A stretch of DNA of 64,000 nt from Chrysomallon squamiferum (GCA_012295275.1 CM022668.1:11160001-11224000); one strand, 5' to 3'; shown: positions 1 through 18,669, numbered from the stretch's first letter. Notes: generated by a model not told the origin, from the sequence alone. A program made the numbers and translations.

Positions 1-778
1 AAATTATAATATTATACAAACATATAATATTTATACTTATTTATAATATGTGCGATGTCGATGGTGAAATTTTATGATGATGATGCCAAGATCATAATAA
101 TAACTAACAAACACACATATATACAAAAACGTAAAATAGAATATTCATTCGTGAATACATACAAATACGTACGTATATATATAAGTACAAAGATGAATAC
201 ATACATTCAAACATACACACATCACATACATAAATAGAACATTAATAATAATAATAATAATAACAATAATGATCATATTAATAATAGTAATGACAATATG
301 TTTGCTATTTATTTATTTTATTTTATTATTCGTTTCTTTCAAATACAATGGGGAATGCTGCTTTGGAACATATTAAAATTATTATTTAAATACCATACAA
401 AGAATGATACAAAGAATATATTAAAATGTAAACAAGTGAATGATACAATGCATATGTTTTGATATGCAATAAAATAAGTATGTATCCAATATATTTCAAA
501 TGTAAAAGTTTAATATGTAATAATATTAAAACGTTATTCAAAGTATTAATATACGTAAAAACAGTATAAAAAACTCTAATATTAATATTCTCAAAAACAA
601 CATATTTCAAATGTAAAATTACTAAAACTTACATATCTATTTAATTAAAATGTAATTGTATTGTAAGTCGTATAAACAATACAATATAATAGTTAATACA
701 TAGACTTTTAATTCAATTAGAATAGCATCAAAAAATCAGCATATAAACAGTGTATTTCAAATATTCGTTTGTTTGTAG

Positions 779-1062
779 ATAAATGCAATCCACTGTGTCT
801 AAACGGCGGAACATTTAACGAAGACTGTAGCTGCTCCTGCTCAGGAAAGTGGACAGGGAAATCCTGCAGTAAGTGTAACTCGATATAATGTTAGTGCAAA
901 GGGAATGATAAGTAGCTTAATGCTAAAATAAGCAAACGAACATAAAGACGTTCATTTCCTCCGAATTTTTGCATTACAGGTGTTTTCTTATATGTGTGAG
1001 CATTTACGGGATGCATGTTGCTCGTGAATCGATGCATATGTTTTGCGATGAACACCACAATT
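779..1062 (+). pseudogene. Disrupted copy A of the PAN-EGF-ShKT gene: intact EGF exon 779-868 followed by a deletion-fused exon
   Basis: Exon 779-868 (KCNPLCLNGGTFNEDCSCSCSGKWTGKSC) is almost identical to 14814-14903. After the next acceptor (AG ending 979) the sequence jumps from the equivalent of ~15022 to ~16432. This removes one EGF exon and the ShKT exon and gives TGA at 997-999. There is also a 1-nt insertion (ttacggg vs ttacgg). Any 5' exons would lie before the window. Confidence 0.85.
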
Positions 1063-1439
1063 AATATTATTAGTATTATTAGTATTATTGATATTATTAT
1101 TGTTATTATTATTATTATTATGTCACTGAAAGGACCACGTCTGAACAGAAATGAGCATTTGAGTGAACATTTACTCAGACATGTTTCATTAGAGGCCTTA
1201 CACGTTTAATTATATTTTTATCTATTTTAATTTTCATCACGTTACTTCACTAACAATTAAAAGTATAAAATACTTTACTGATGTCACTTTTGTCACTCTT
1301 TCTTTTACTTTTTCGTTTATTATTTGCTTATTTCAGCATCTTCTTTGTTCACAATATTATTTATTTATTAATTTATTTTTTTACTTTTTTTCTACCTGTA
1401 GAAGAATCATACGCATATATACTTCGATTTGATTTTGGG

Positions 1440-2350
1440 TTTTTTCTTTCGCTTCTTGCTACACATGAAGGCCAGCAGTGAACCATACTGTACTCTGTAG
1501 ATCAGTTTTTGTGCCATACTGCTTCTAATGGAGAGTTGTTGTACTTACCCAGAAGTCTGCCTCAGCTGTGCAGTTTTGGATGATAAACCCAGTCCTCTGT
1601 TCTGTTTTTCCACACGAGAACATGGAAGAAGATATCAGCCGGAACCTCCTAAGCATCTGTTGGTTCTAATCATTGTGTCCAGTGCTTAATCGGAAAATGG
1701 TGACTTGTTCGTGGCGGGAGAGCAGGTGATGGTCATCGGTTTGTTTGGCAGGTCTATAGAGAGATTTAGTACGAGATATCTTCTCTTCATATGTCACCCA
1801 GTTATCCTCCTGTTCATTACTTGCACCTGCTTTTGCAGGTTTCTCTGCATTCTTATTGCCACAGTGAGCTTGGTTGACACTACTGATAGGGTGTAGCTCT
1901 TCTGAAACCCTGTCTATCTTGTTATTTTCAAGAGACTGGGGGACAGAGACTGCCACTGTGAGGAAGACAACATGTCAGCAGTTATCTCTTAATCTGATGG
2001 TGCTGGTTTTTTAAATGAAAGCCTCGACCTGCAGCATAGTTTGTGTAATGTTTCTCTGTAGGACAATGTTCCTCCTATCTCTAACCACTAGGATCCATGA
2101 TGTGTATTCCAGCACTTCTTTTTTACACGGCATTTGTTTCTGATCCACAACAATATATATGTGTCCATGATGTTTCTGGGTACTTTCCATCAATAATGAT
2201 TAGTTTTATAATTCGATTTTTATGGTTTACTATGTTCGTCTCAAGGAATGACGTGTTGGACCCTTCCCCAGATCTTTACACTATCCAGTTGTTGTTCTCA
2301 GGATGGAATGCAGCTGACAGTGCTAACTTGAAACATTTGATCTGGCTGTT
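1440..2350 (-). mobile_element. Decayed 3' fragment of an RNase H-containing non-LTR retrotransposon (I/Nimb-like LINE)
   Basis: Minus-strand frames give YPETSWTHIYCCGSETNAV..SAGIHI..HYTNYAA..HVVFLTVAVSVPQSL..AHCGNKNAEKPAKAG..SRHEQVTIFRLSTGHN..CGKTEQ..IIQNC. These match RNase H motifs and the C-terminal CCHC region, with stops, frameshifts and an A/GAA-rich tail near 1440. Confidence 0.8.
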
Positions 2351-2544
2351 CTCCGAATATGTCTGTGTTTGCGTATATATGAGATCTATAAAAAACATTT
2401 CAAAACTATTTCCTTTCTATTAACATGCTTTAAAACAGTTTTGCAAAAGGTTTAATAACCACCTAGCTGCATTTTCATATAAAAAATAAATTATCATGTA
2501 ACGATTTCCAGCGACAGTAGTGAGATTTGCCATTTCCCTCGGGA

Positions 2545-2690
2545 ACGATCGTTCAAGGAGCTTGTACTCTATCCTGCAGTAGACAGGCAACCAGTCAGGT
2601 TCCTTCAGTACTGGCGATACGTGATGGTGAGGTGATTTCCTGTTCACAATGTGTGCTGCCGTATTCTGGAACGTATTTATGTAAAACATA
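2545..2690 (-). mobile_element. L2/CR1-group LINE ORF2 C-terminal fragment
   Basis: FQNTAAHIVNRKSPHHHVSPVLKEPDWLPVYCRIEYKLL resembles the L2 consensus QNAAARLV..HITPVL..LHWLPV..RI.YK.L. Confidence 0.75.
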
Positions 2691-3089
2691 AGATAATTAT
2701 CATGCTGTACTGGTATTTTACCACTTCCAGAACTAACTAAGAATAAAATTTATTACATTACATCTTTAAATATGAATCACCTCAACACAGTTCTTGTTTA
2801 TTTAAAAATAGTACGATAATGAAATAACAATCCATGCCAATGCATCAAAGATTTATTTATTTATTTATTTATCATCAGCATCAGCGATACTGTTATTGTT
2901 AATATTATTGTCATTATCATTATTATTGTTATTTGTGATTGTTATTGTTCTTACTGTTGTTGTTTTTGCTGCTGTTTCCATTTTCACATAGAGATCAAAC
3001 TTTCTATTCTGTTTATGTAAATGTATGAGTATATGAATTGGCAGTTTATAGCATATTCCTTACAAATAGGTAATTTAATGGATTCATAG

Positions 3090-3700
3090 ACAAGGGGAAT
3101 GACTCTTGCCTTTGATCGGTCCAAATTTCCGAGAACGACTGAGTACGTGTTCTTGTAGTGCATGAAATTATTTAGTTGTATTTAATAATTTATATTGTTT
3201 TTCATTATTACGTATTTGACACGTAACGTAACTATAGTATCTTTATGATTATTAAGAATATGGATATCCATGACATAGAATGACGTCATACAGGAATTCT
3301 TACTGCATGAATCTAGACTGAATTTCCATACGAATTTGCTGAAAAGATTTAGTCTTAAGCTTCAGACTGGGTGCGTTGCAGACTTTCGGCGGCCATTTCT
3401 GAAGATGGTATTCTGGTTTTTCTCATATATCGGTAAACATTTCGATCAAATTTGCCTAGGAACATACAATTTGAATTATTTTGCTCTGTACAAAAATACG
3501 CAGTTACATATATGTATATTTTACATCAGATGTAGTAAAATAAAACAAAAATGGCAGAATATGGTGACATTTTCTGATATAACTGCGAAGTTTTCTATGA
3601 TTCTAAAGTAAAGTTTCTTTCTAAATCATCTAGAACGGCATAACGGTCATCGATGTAATTTCTTAAATTAAGATCCGCTGACATTTTATAACATGCAGAG
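3090..3700. mobile_element. Probable non-autonomous DNA transposon/MITE-like element (paralog 19140-19750)
   Basis: Non-coding island of higher complexity starting AAGGGGAATGAC, with internal palindromes (TGGATATCCA, ATGACGTCAT). It is very well conserved between the two duplicons. Terminal inverted repeats were not established. Confidence 0.35.
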
Positions 3701-3944
3701 AATATTTATTTTATTTTATTGTCTTTTATTTTTATACCATCATGCCACTTTATGTAACATAAACGCAAACATACAAACACACATGCAAACATAAATATAT
3801 AGATAGATATATACATACATAACATACGCACAGACACATGTACCTATGTATATACACACATAAATATATACACACATACCTACAAACATAAATACGTAGA
3901 AATGCCTTAATATACACCCATACATATTTATATATATATATATA

Positions 3945-4110
3945 GACAAGGTTGACTTGAAGGCGGAACGGCAATGTCGTACGCCTTAAGAACGCGAGTG
4001 AATGAGTGTCCTGTGTTCGAGTCTCGTCAGCGGCATCTCACTGAGTTTCTTAGGTCACTGACTGGACTTTGTTCTGCTGCGCCAGTGTGTTTCCGAAATA
4101 TTCAAATCCT
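3945..4110 (+). mobile_element. tRNA-derived SINE head, decayed (paralog 20076-20225)
   Basis: A-box-like (A/T)GGCG(G/A)AACGG and B-box GTTCGAGTC about 45 nt apart. No cloverleaf. Flanked by (CA/TA)n tracts. Confidence 0.55.
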
Positions 4111-4344
4111 ATTACATCTATACAGATGCTCACTCATATACACACACACACATACACACACATATGTACGTTCATCCATGTACACATATAAGATATCATA
4201 CCCATAAAAATATCATACATATATATATATATATATACACACGCTTTTATAAATACATACATACACAGATGCATACACATTTATGTACATTCAAACACTC
4301 AAATTATTTCTCACCCATACCCAAAAACATACAAGCAAAAATTA

Positions 4345-4920
4345 TGCTAATAAGATTTCAAGGTCAGATGAATATTTAATTAGCTTTATTCTGTGCAAGC
4401 GACACAGGAGAAAATTTCCTGGGTGACCGTTTCGTCTTCCATCCTCTCACTTTCAGGCAATCTAGATATTTTGATACAGATACACTGACTGACAGTTGCT
4501 GATTGATTTTGAACAGAATGTTATTAACGTATAAAAGACACAAGATTTCAAATTTATTTTGAAATGATTTCAAATTCACAGACGGTGTCTTCTCAGTTAA
4601 AATCGTGGCGTTTGATCATAAAATAAATATTAATAAAATCAGTTAACATTAGCAGCTGCCTGTTGTTTATGTCAATAGAAGAAATTCTAAGAATTCTATT
4701 ATCTCTGTGTACTGTGATATCTGTTAACACACACTGCTGATTTTATTTATTCCGTCTTTTCATGACAGAAGTTTAAAATCAAATGGCACTTGAAGCAACT
4801 AAAATCAGCGTACATAAACTTTTGTTGTATTATTATATCGACCGCTGAACTGTAAATTAATGTTTTAGTTGTAACAGATGCTCTTTATAACGCCATCATT
4901 AAAAAGTTCATACGTTGTCA
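4345..4920 (+). repeat. ~500-bp interspersed repeat present four times (4345-4920, 6160-6650, 20460-21050, 23080-23650)
   Basis: Shared blocks tgaatattta, acaggag, tttcaaatttattttgaaat, aacatt(t)agcagctgcct.ttgtttat and gaagttt(t)aaatca. Confidence 0.7.
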
Positions 4921-7900
4921 TAGTTAATACTCAATCTATTCCACATCGTATAAGATCAAAATAGTTAGGGTTAGGGTTAGTGGTAGGGTTAGTATTAGGG
5001 TTAGATTTAAGTGTCAAGACAATTTTGGTATTAAATTTCAAAAATTTCATTCTGAGTTTTAATTGATGAATTATTTCGTTTTTGTTCCTTTTTTTTTCTA
5101 ATACATCCGAAGTAAAGTTTTATATCATATGTTTTGAATTATAATTCTTAGTAAATAAATACAACTGAATAAACATTGAATCAGTTCTCGTCGTACATAG
5201 GAACTTCTATCATAAGGAGCCGCTCACATTTTCTGAGAACCCATCAAATCAGCGATTCAAAAGTAAAAGTGTACTTTAAGGTGTCAACATTTGTACTTGT
5301 CACAAACTTTGCTGTAATGTGTTTAGTTCACACAGAATAAAAACTCCTTATTTTCTACATCTCTATATTGAATATCTGATTCCTATACTACGACTACTAC
5401 TTCTTATAATAAAAATAACAGTAACAACAACAATAATAATAATATAGAAAGACAGACAGAACTAAATAAACAAACAAACAAACAAATAATTTTTCGAATA
5501 TTTACAAATATCTACATATTTATTTTGCACCACTGTTTTTCAGTGAGTAATGGCCGTTGTGCATTAACGTAGGGTTTAATTTATACGCGTATCTTTATAT
5601 TTAATTCGACTCCAGCTGTGATAATCTTTCTTAGCATTCATTTTACTTGATAGGAAAGAGAAACCGCTCACAATACAAGACGAGTAGTAACCAGATTTAA
5701 TTACAAGATACAACACGTGTGATAACGAAACTACGTACACACATACATACAGATATACATAGATACATAGATACGTATTCACATATATACATACATAAGT
5801 GTATATTTATATTGAAACATGAAACCGTACGCACATAAATACATTGACAAATAAATAGATACAGATGCACTCATATACATACATTCAATTACACGCATAG
5901 AAAAAACACATACACACATGCTTTCATACATATTCTTATAAAATGACATAGGTAAATAAACATATACATGCTTACATGCATATATACGTACATACATACA
6001 TACACAGACACACACACACATTGATAAAAACGTATTCACAAACTTTAACATGTACATGTACCTATACACATTAACATATACACATTCACATACACAGATC
6101 CACATATATACTCATGTATATACACATGTGTACATCAACCCACACACAAGCACGTGCACTCAGATTTCAGGTGAATATTTAGTTAATCTTTGTCTGTGTA
6201 ACACGATACAGGAGAATAGTACTTGTCTTGCAATTTTTTCCTCCGATTTGTCTCCTTCGGATAATATATGTGTTTTTAATATGCATACATATACTGATAG
6301 ATGCTAATAGACTTTTATTAAAATATACAAGAGAAGAGTTTCAAATTTATTTTGAAATATGTTCACACTACTGTACACCAGTCTTCTGAAATAAATTCTG
6401 ATCAGAAAACAAATACTGACAAAAACAATTAACATTTAGCAGCTGCCTCTTGTTTATTTCAATATACATAATTTGATTATCTCTGCAGAAAGCAATCTGC
6501 ATACTGCGATATATATTAACACACATTGTGCACATAGTTAGATATCCGCTCAAGTTATTAATTTCGTTTTAAATGACTGAAGTTTTAAATCACGTGACGT
6601 TTCAGGAAAACAAAATTAGTGGATATAAACGTTTGCTCTGTTTTAGTATAAAATTAATAAATGTCTTCCAGATCTGATGAAATCAAAACCAAGCGGTACC
6701 AGTGTATTTCATACACAAAGTAGACTGAAATAGTTAATACTTGTAATAATAACAACAACAATAACAATAACAGTAATAACTATCTAAATAATAATAATAA
6801 TAATAATAATAATAGTAATAATAATAATAATAATAATATAGTAATAGTAACATAAGTTTAAATAATGATTTCTTTTTTCTTTTCTTTTTTTAATTATATT
6901 TTTCGATTTTTTTTTAAATATTTTTTGTATTATTATTAATATTTTTTGTTAGGAGAGAAGTTATTACTACTTCTACTACTACTACAACTACTACTTTCTA
7001 TTTTATATGATTTTTTTTTTATTAAAAGAGCTATTTTTGAAACGACAGATTTAATGTCAAATCTCAGCTACTGACGTATCTGTTTTTAATATCAATTAAC
7101 ATCTGTTCTGTCACACTGAGTTTCAACTCTGATAACACAGTAATTTTCTTTAGATACGAACATTGAACATATATTCTACTGAGATGAACGAAATCCAGCT
7201 GTTAATATAAACTGACTGTACCAATATTTATTTTATCTTTTGGCTTTCTTCAGTGATGGTAATTGCTTTTAGAAACTAGGGATATGCTGACATCTGTGAG
7301 GCTGAGATTGGAAAATAAATCAAACACTGCGCACAGCTGTTCTGTCACCTTTAGTTTAAACTATTGTAAGAGTGCTTTTGTTTAGACACCAAAATTGAAT
7401 ATTTATTTATTCTATTAACATAAACTGATTTTGACAATATTTATTTCATCTCATTGTTTTTTTGTTAGTGAATTAATTGGTTTTAGTAACTAGAGGTATG
7501 CTTAATCCAGTGAGGCTGACGTTTGATGATAGACAGGATGTTCGGAGAACCTAATCTGAAAATGGAGTTAGTTGTTGGAGGACAAATATTAATACCCATT
7601 TTCATCACTGACATGAATGAAATCAAACAATAACTTTTATTAAACCATATACTTTTTTAAAACACTTTCAGGAATAGTTATAACAATAAAATAGATATAT
7701 AAATAGATACACAAATAGATAGTTTCAGGAATGGTTATAAAAATAAAATACATACATGCATGCATGCATAAATAGATAGAAGATAGATTTTTAGGTATGT
7801 ATAGGTATTTATTTGTTAGTTAGTTTACTTTAGTTGTTTTTGCATTACACATCTAGCTTAAAAGGAAAACATAACGCCGACAAAGACAGACAGACATACA

Positions 7901-8345
7901 GACATGTGATAGATAGGTAAATACATAGGCAGGTATGATGATAGACGAAAATATAGGTAGACAGTTCGGTGTGCTGTTTCAGTTACTGCTTGTAGATGTG
8001 TTTATTTCGTATGTACTTAGTGGAACTGCTGAAAGATTATAAAATATGCTAGTACGGTGATTCTCAAAGTAGTCAGTACCAACCACTACTGAAAAACAAG
8101 TGCATTTTATAGATCACAAGAAAACTTTATTTTATCAGACGATGAAAAGAGAGATGATGTTTCCGTTCTGTGATTCTAATATTAGTAAGATGCAGAAAGA
8201 TCAAACAATCATATTATTATTTTCATTTATTTTTATTTATTTATTTATTTATTTATTTATCATCATCATCATCAGTAGTAGTAGTAACAGTAGTGTTAGT
8301 AATATTTTCTTGTTATTTCTTATTTCTTATTTCTACTTCTACCAC

Positions 8346-8383
<38 letters not shown>

Positions 8384-10354
8384 AAGAATGGGTATAATTA
8401 CCTAAAATATTTCTAAATTCTGATGCACTCAGGAAACCGGCTGCAAGAAGATCATTCTATGACTGCAGCTGATGGATAATTTGAGGAGGGAGGCGAGACG
8501 TAAATGGAAAACAAGTTTGCTGTCAGCACTGGTATTCTTTCTAATCGGAATTAATTTAAGACCAACAGTCATTTAGGTTGTATTCTTTTCTCCTAACAAC
8601 CGAATAAGCATGTTCTTAATCGCACATGTTGGTCTTTATATGGACCCTTGGTTGTATGGAAGCCTAGGTTTCTTATGGACTATCACCAACTAAGCCCACA
8701 TTACTTTCACTTCAGTAATTATACGTATAATCTGGACTTTTCAGTAAAAATTTAATTATTTCCTTTATAATATATATTTGATGTAACGTATATACACATA
8801 CATACATACATCCTAGTATGAAATACATTCGTCCATGCAACATTCTGACACGATATACAAATTTACCTAAAATACACGTCGCAGGTTTTCGTACACCAGT
8901 ACAACCATAATAAACGATGTGTCGTACATTTATTTCTTATTATTTCTTTCACGTAATTATCAACTTCTTTGTTACATCCTGTTAAATATTAAATAGCAGT
9001 TTCAGTGACAATGTGTCTTGTGTCTACAGTGATTTCTGGTATCAGTTATCTCTCAGCTAACTATACTAAAAAGTTATTTGCAAATAAATATTTGAGAGCT
9101 GTAGGAATAAAACATTATTTGAAATTATCAAAGTTATCAAGAAATATATACACGATATTTCGCCATTTGTATGTACAGTATACCTTGAAATCACAGCCAA
9201 AATCCAGTTTTTATTTTTGTGTTGTGTTGTTAAACACACATACAAACAAACACTATTGTATGAATGGTATGTTTTATTATAGTGTGATCTCTAAATATGT
9301 ACAAGAACGTATACCTTGTTGTGTACCGCACTACATTTTTGATGTGTATATTGTATGTATATATGTATGTGTCTGCATGTTTAATATAAGATGTACTAAA
9401 CTTATATTAGTTAAGAAATAATTTTACTGATATTTAGTCAGTTCACAGTCCTTACATACGTAGCTTTGTTGGCAAAGACGTGTACAAAATAAAGCATTTA
9501 TAGTTCCTCCATTCGCACTCTGTCGTTGACAAATAGCTTCAGTGTAATTTATAATTAAAATTATTAACAGTTTAAAATAATTTGTAAAATTTCACACATA
9601 TAATTTACAACTATAATGAACAAAAGTAAAACAGATAAACTATCTCTTGTTGATATTTAAATAAAATAATAAAATATATAAATCAGATCTACTCGTATTT
9701 AAATAAAAGTAGTAAATCAGATAAACCAAGTCTCACTGATATTTAAATAAAAACAATAAAATAGATAAACCAACACTTACTGATGATTAAATGAAATGAA
9801 GGGAATCTTACTGTGTAAAACAAATCTGTAAAGTAGATAAATGAGGATAGATAAATAAAACAGAAAAAGAACTGTTAATGTCAATAAATTGTCATATGTG
9901 ATTAATATATAAAGAGTAATCAATATGAACACTATAGCTTATAGCTCTTTACGTAAAAATATATGCATTTATACATATATACAGTTTAAAACAAATCAAT
10001 AAAATTACAACCATTTCAATTAAACAACGAAACGAATATTTGTTGTATAGCTGTTTACATAAAACAAAAAATATACAAAATATTATTGCTATTTAAGTCA
10101 AATACAAACAATCCCATTTCCTCTTAAATAAAACTATTTTACTGTTGTTTAAATATAAATGATAAAACAGCTAAAAGAAGCTTTAGTCCTAAAAAAAGAA
10201 AATAAAACTAGACATGAACGCAGTTCTGTTCTTTTCAAATAAACGAAGCAAGTCGTACTCACGTTTTAATAAAACAAATAAAGTAATTGTTACTAAATTC
10301 TAAATTCGATATTAATAAGCTACTTTTTATAAGTACCATAAATATATAGAAGAT

Positions 10355-10406
10355 ATGTTTTATATCCTTTTTTGGATTATCGTATTTTTCTTAGTTTCGG
10401 CAGTAG
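10355..10406 (+). CDS. Candidate alternative signal-peptide first exon for gene B
   Basis: ATG..MFYILFWIIVFFLVSAV-G|GTACTA: a hydrophobic signal-like peptide with a phase-1 donor compatible with exon 13262. The donor is weak. Confidence 0.4.
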
Positions 10407-12092
10407 GTACTATATTTATCTATTATGTGTTTGTTATTACTTTTTTTATTTACTAAAACTCGTTAGGTATTTTTTCTTCTGGTAACAAACAAATATCCTT
10501 TTATTTAATTAAAAATTGCAGCTGACACTAACATAGCTGGGATGAAAAACAAAAACAAGCATTATATCAACAACAGTGTGCCTAAGAGTGAATAAACTGT
10601 TAAACAGATAAATGGAAATTAATACTAGAAAGCCACTGATATCAAGTGTCTGATGATTAAGATATTTTCAACTGTTGGATAAGTGGAAGGAAACTCGTTC
10701 AGAAAAGTGAAAGACTCTCCAGTGTGGTGATCTTAATTCACAATAGAGCCCAATACAATGAGGTCAGTTCGCAAGACAGTCAAGTTGACAGATGAAAAAA
10801 AACAGTTTGTGAAAACTGAATAAAAACATGTTACATATCAGGAGAAAAATGATTAAGTATCTGTATAAAAAGAAAGGTCTAAGGTCCAAGTTTAGAGATA
10901 GGAAAAATTCAGATTTCTGTCGTTTAACCGAACAACAGACGTCGATGAAGTGTAACGTGTTTCAATATGCTGATGATGCATAACTTTTATCAGTTTTGTG
11001 TGTAGATGTTTTCTCTTTTAAATGTCTTTATCAGTAATCGATTGCTAAATTTCCAAAAATACTTTTGAGACTAGCTGTGAACGCCTTTTCAAGAGCTTTT
11101 AATCCATCTGAAAAACAATAACGATTAACAGTTACCTTCAGTTCTTCAGTGTCTTCTCTACATAGCTACACAATATGTTGCAAAATTACATAGTTACTAG
11201 ATGAAGAAAGCTGTTTAATTTATTTATTCCTTTACTTTTTTATTTACTTATATTTGTTTTGTTTTCCTTGTTCTTGTCTTCTTTGTTTTATTATTATTAT
11301 TATTATTATCATCATTTTCGTCATCACCATCGTAGTAGTAGTGTTGGCAGTAGCAGTAGTGAATATAGTAATAAAAGTAGTAGTAGTAGTTGTTGTAGTA
11401 GTAGCAGTGGTATTCTTAAATTTTAAATAACTCTTGCATTATCTTTCTGAATATATTTGCCTTTGCGACAACAGCTGGTAATGAACGATAAATCTCTCAC
11501 TTCAGACAATGTGAGCTGGAGAAATTATCTTGAAAAGTCAAACAATGTTTGATTCCCAGGACTAATACATTTTTGTATACTGATCTGCCTTCAGTTTAAT
11601 TATGTTTTCTTTCATTTTATGCTGGGGGGAAATATATCTGATAGTAGCTTTTATTCTGTGTAGTTTTATTTAATTAAAATGTTCAGCTGATACTGACTTA
11701 GCTGGAACGAAAGCCAGATATTTAAACAAATCGATAGATGATATTCTAGTGATAACCAAATTTCCTTCTACTGAACTAAAAGTTCAAGCTGATACTAACA
11801 TAGCTGGAATGAAAAAAATATATATAAAAAAGGGTTGAAGACAATTTTGAGAAAAATCTAATATTTTTCATATACTTGTGCTGGCTAAACTCGGTGGTTT
11901 TCTTCTGTGGTTATTTTATTAAATGCCACTCAAAACAAAATTGATAAAATTAATTATTTTTATAATTACGTTGCTGGAGAAAAAAATAAGAGTTAGAAAA
12001 GGAAGAAAACAAGATACTGAATGAATGAATAAGTAAACAAAACAAAATTAAAACAACGGAGAAAAGAAAGAGAATGCTGGATTCAGGGTTTG

Positions 12093-12268
<176 letters not shown>

Positions 12269-12483
12269 TGTCTCTGCGTCTGTGTGTCTCGGTGTGGAGT
12301 TATTGAAACATGGTAATATCGATTGGCAGAATAAGCCATCGGACATAGGATTCGTGTAAATTAAACTGTATATATAAGAATGGGATAGGTATAAGAGTAG
12401 TGATTGGCAGTTCTGTTTCATTTAAATATTGTAGACTGCTGGATAGAAATTTCGTTATACTGGACGAGTAGCAGTTTGAAATA

Positions 12484-16523
<4,040 letters not shown>

Positions 16524-17229
16524 TAATCTGCAGTCTGTCAGGTACTTTGTTTGTTTCTTAGCTGATTGGTTGGTTGGTTGTCGATTGTCTGATTTATATA
16601 CAATAGAAAACGGGGAAAAAGAGAAAGATAAAATACGAAAAAATTATTTAAATTATTATTATTAATATTATTATTAGTAGTATTAGTATTAGTATTAGTA
16701 TTAGTATTAGTATTATTTTTTCACTGAATGGACCACGTCTGAACAGAGATGAGCATTTGAGTGAACATTTATGAAGACATGTTTCATTAGAGACCTTACA
16801 GTTTTAATTATATTTTTATCAATTGTACATTTTATCACGTTAATTCAGTAACAATTAAAAATATAAAATGTTCTTGCTTTGAAATAATTAGTTTTTTTTC
16901 TGTTTTACTGATGTCACTTTTGTCGCTCTTTCTTTTATTTCAGATGTGGCCATCTCGGAAACATTTTACTTTTCTGCTGAAACAAATGAAAATCGATAAT
17001 CGATGAAATATGTTAAAAATAAAAATATATATAATATTTGATGTTTGTTTTTGTTTCATTGCTGTAATTAAGTTTTCGTTTATTATTTCTTTATTTCAGC
17101 ATCTTCTTCGTTCACAATATTATTTATTTATTGATTTATTTTTGTATTATTATTTATTTTTTATTATTATTTTTTTTATTTACCTGTAGAGTTATCACAC
17201 ACATATATACTTCGATTTGATATTTGGTT

Positions 17230-18130
17230 TTTTCTTTCGCATTTTGCTACACATGAAGGACAGCAGTGAACCATACTGTACTCTGTAGATCAGTTCTTTA
17301 GCCATACTACATCTAATGGAGAGTTGTTGTAGTTATCCAGTAGTCTCCCTTAGCTGTGCCGTTTTGGATGATAAACCCAGTCGTCTATTCTGTTTTTCCA
17401 CACGAGAACATGGAAGAAGATGAGAGCCGGAACCTCCTATGCATGTCTTGGTTCCAATCATTGTGTCCAGTGCTTAATCGGAAAATGGTGACTTGTTCAT
17501 GGCGGACGAACAGATGTTAGTCATCGGTTTGTTTGGGATGTCTGTAGAAAGATATATTCTCTTCATAAGTCACCGAGTTATCCACCTCTTCATTACTTGC
17601 ACCTGCTTTAGCAGGTTTGTCTCCTTTCTCATTTCCAGGTATGCCACAGTGAGCTGCATGACACTACTGATATGGTGTAGCTCTTCTGAAACTCAGTATA
17701 GCTTGTTGTTTTCAAGAGACTGGGGGACAGAGAGAGCCTCTGTGAGGAAGACAACATGTGAGCAGTTATTTCTTAATCTGATGATGTTGGCTGTGTAAAT
17801 GAAAGCCTCGACCTGCAGCATAGTTTGTGTAATGTTTCTCTGTAGGACAATGTTCCTCCTATCTCTAACCACTAGGATCCATGATGTGTATTCCAGCACT
17901 TCTTTTTTGCACGGCATTTGTTTCTGATGCACAAAAATATATATGTGTCCATGTTGTTTCTGGGTACTATTCATCAATAATGATTAGTGTTATAATTCGT
18001 ATTTTATGGTTTACTATGTTCGTCTCAAGGGATGAGGTGTTGGACTATTGCACAGATCTTTACACTATTCAGTTGTTGTTGCCAGGATACAAAGCAACTG
18101 ACAGGGCTAACTTGAAACATTTTACCTGGC
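17230..18130 (-). mobile_element. Paralogous RNase H LINE fragment
   Basis: High similarity to 1440-2350, with translation HVVFLTEALSVPQSLENN. Confidence 0.8.
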
Positions 18131-18669
18131 TGTTGCTTCTTATGTGCCTAAAGATTGATTTGCTCAATTTATGAAAGCTATTTCTTTTGAGTCTGATTTA
18201 TAAGAATATCAGAGTAATTTTATTGTTATTAACATTCTTAAAATAGCTTTAATTTATTGTTCCCCAAATAACAATAAATTATTGTATTATGAGAATAATT
18301 ATATCAGTATTTCACCAAGAAATAAAAACATTCAAAGGAAGTACAAAATTGTATATCATAAATTTTTTAATATTCTGAGTATGTGTCTGTGTTTCTGTAT
18401 AGGTTTCTGTGATATATGAGATCTATGAAAACATTTTAAAACTATTTCGTTTCTATTAACGTGCTTTAAAACAGTTTTGTAAAAGGTTTAATAAAAGTAA
18501 TTGTGTGATTCTATTCACCTCAGTGATGAAAGATAAGTTTTATTTTCTGCCCTCCAACAACCAGCTAGCTGCATTTTCCGATCAAAAGTAAATGATCATG
18601 TAGGGATTCCCAGCGACAGTATCACACCTTTGAAACCTCAGGCTCGCGAGATTTGGCTTATCCCTAGTG

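Larger units (their letters stand above)
280..6800 (+). repeat. Segmental duplication, copy A (paralog of ~14330-23800)
   Basis: Long colinear high similarity, e.g. 290-960 vs 14340-15000, 1120-2350 vs 16720-18130, 3090-5160 vs 19140-21310 and 5340-6790 vs 22280-23800. Confidence 0.93.

Noticed and set aside
3945-4040. tRNA gene
   Set aside because: A and B boxes are present but there is no acceptor stem or cloverleaf. A SINE head fits better.
4964-5004. TTAGGG-like tract (also 21084-21113) as a telomere or fusion scar
   Set aside because: Only 4-6 degenerate units, inside a duplicated repeat. Such tracts are common within invertebrate transposon remnants.
5576-6553. ORF pairs conserved with 22528-23486, suggesting small genes
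   Set aside because: The similarity reflects the recent segmental duplication. They have repeat-like composition, indels and no splice structure.
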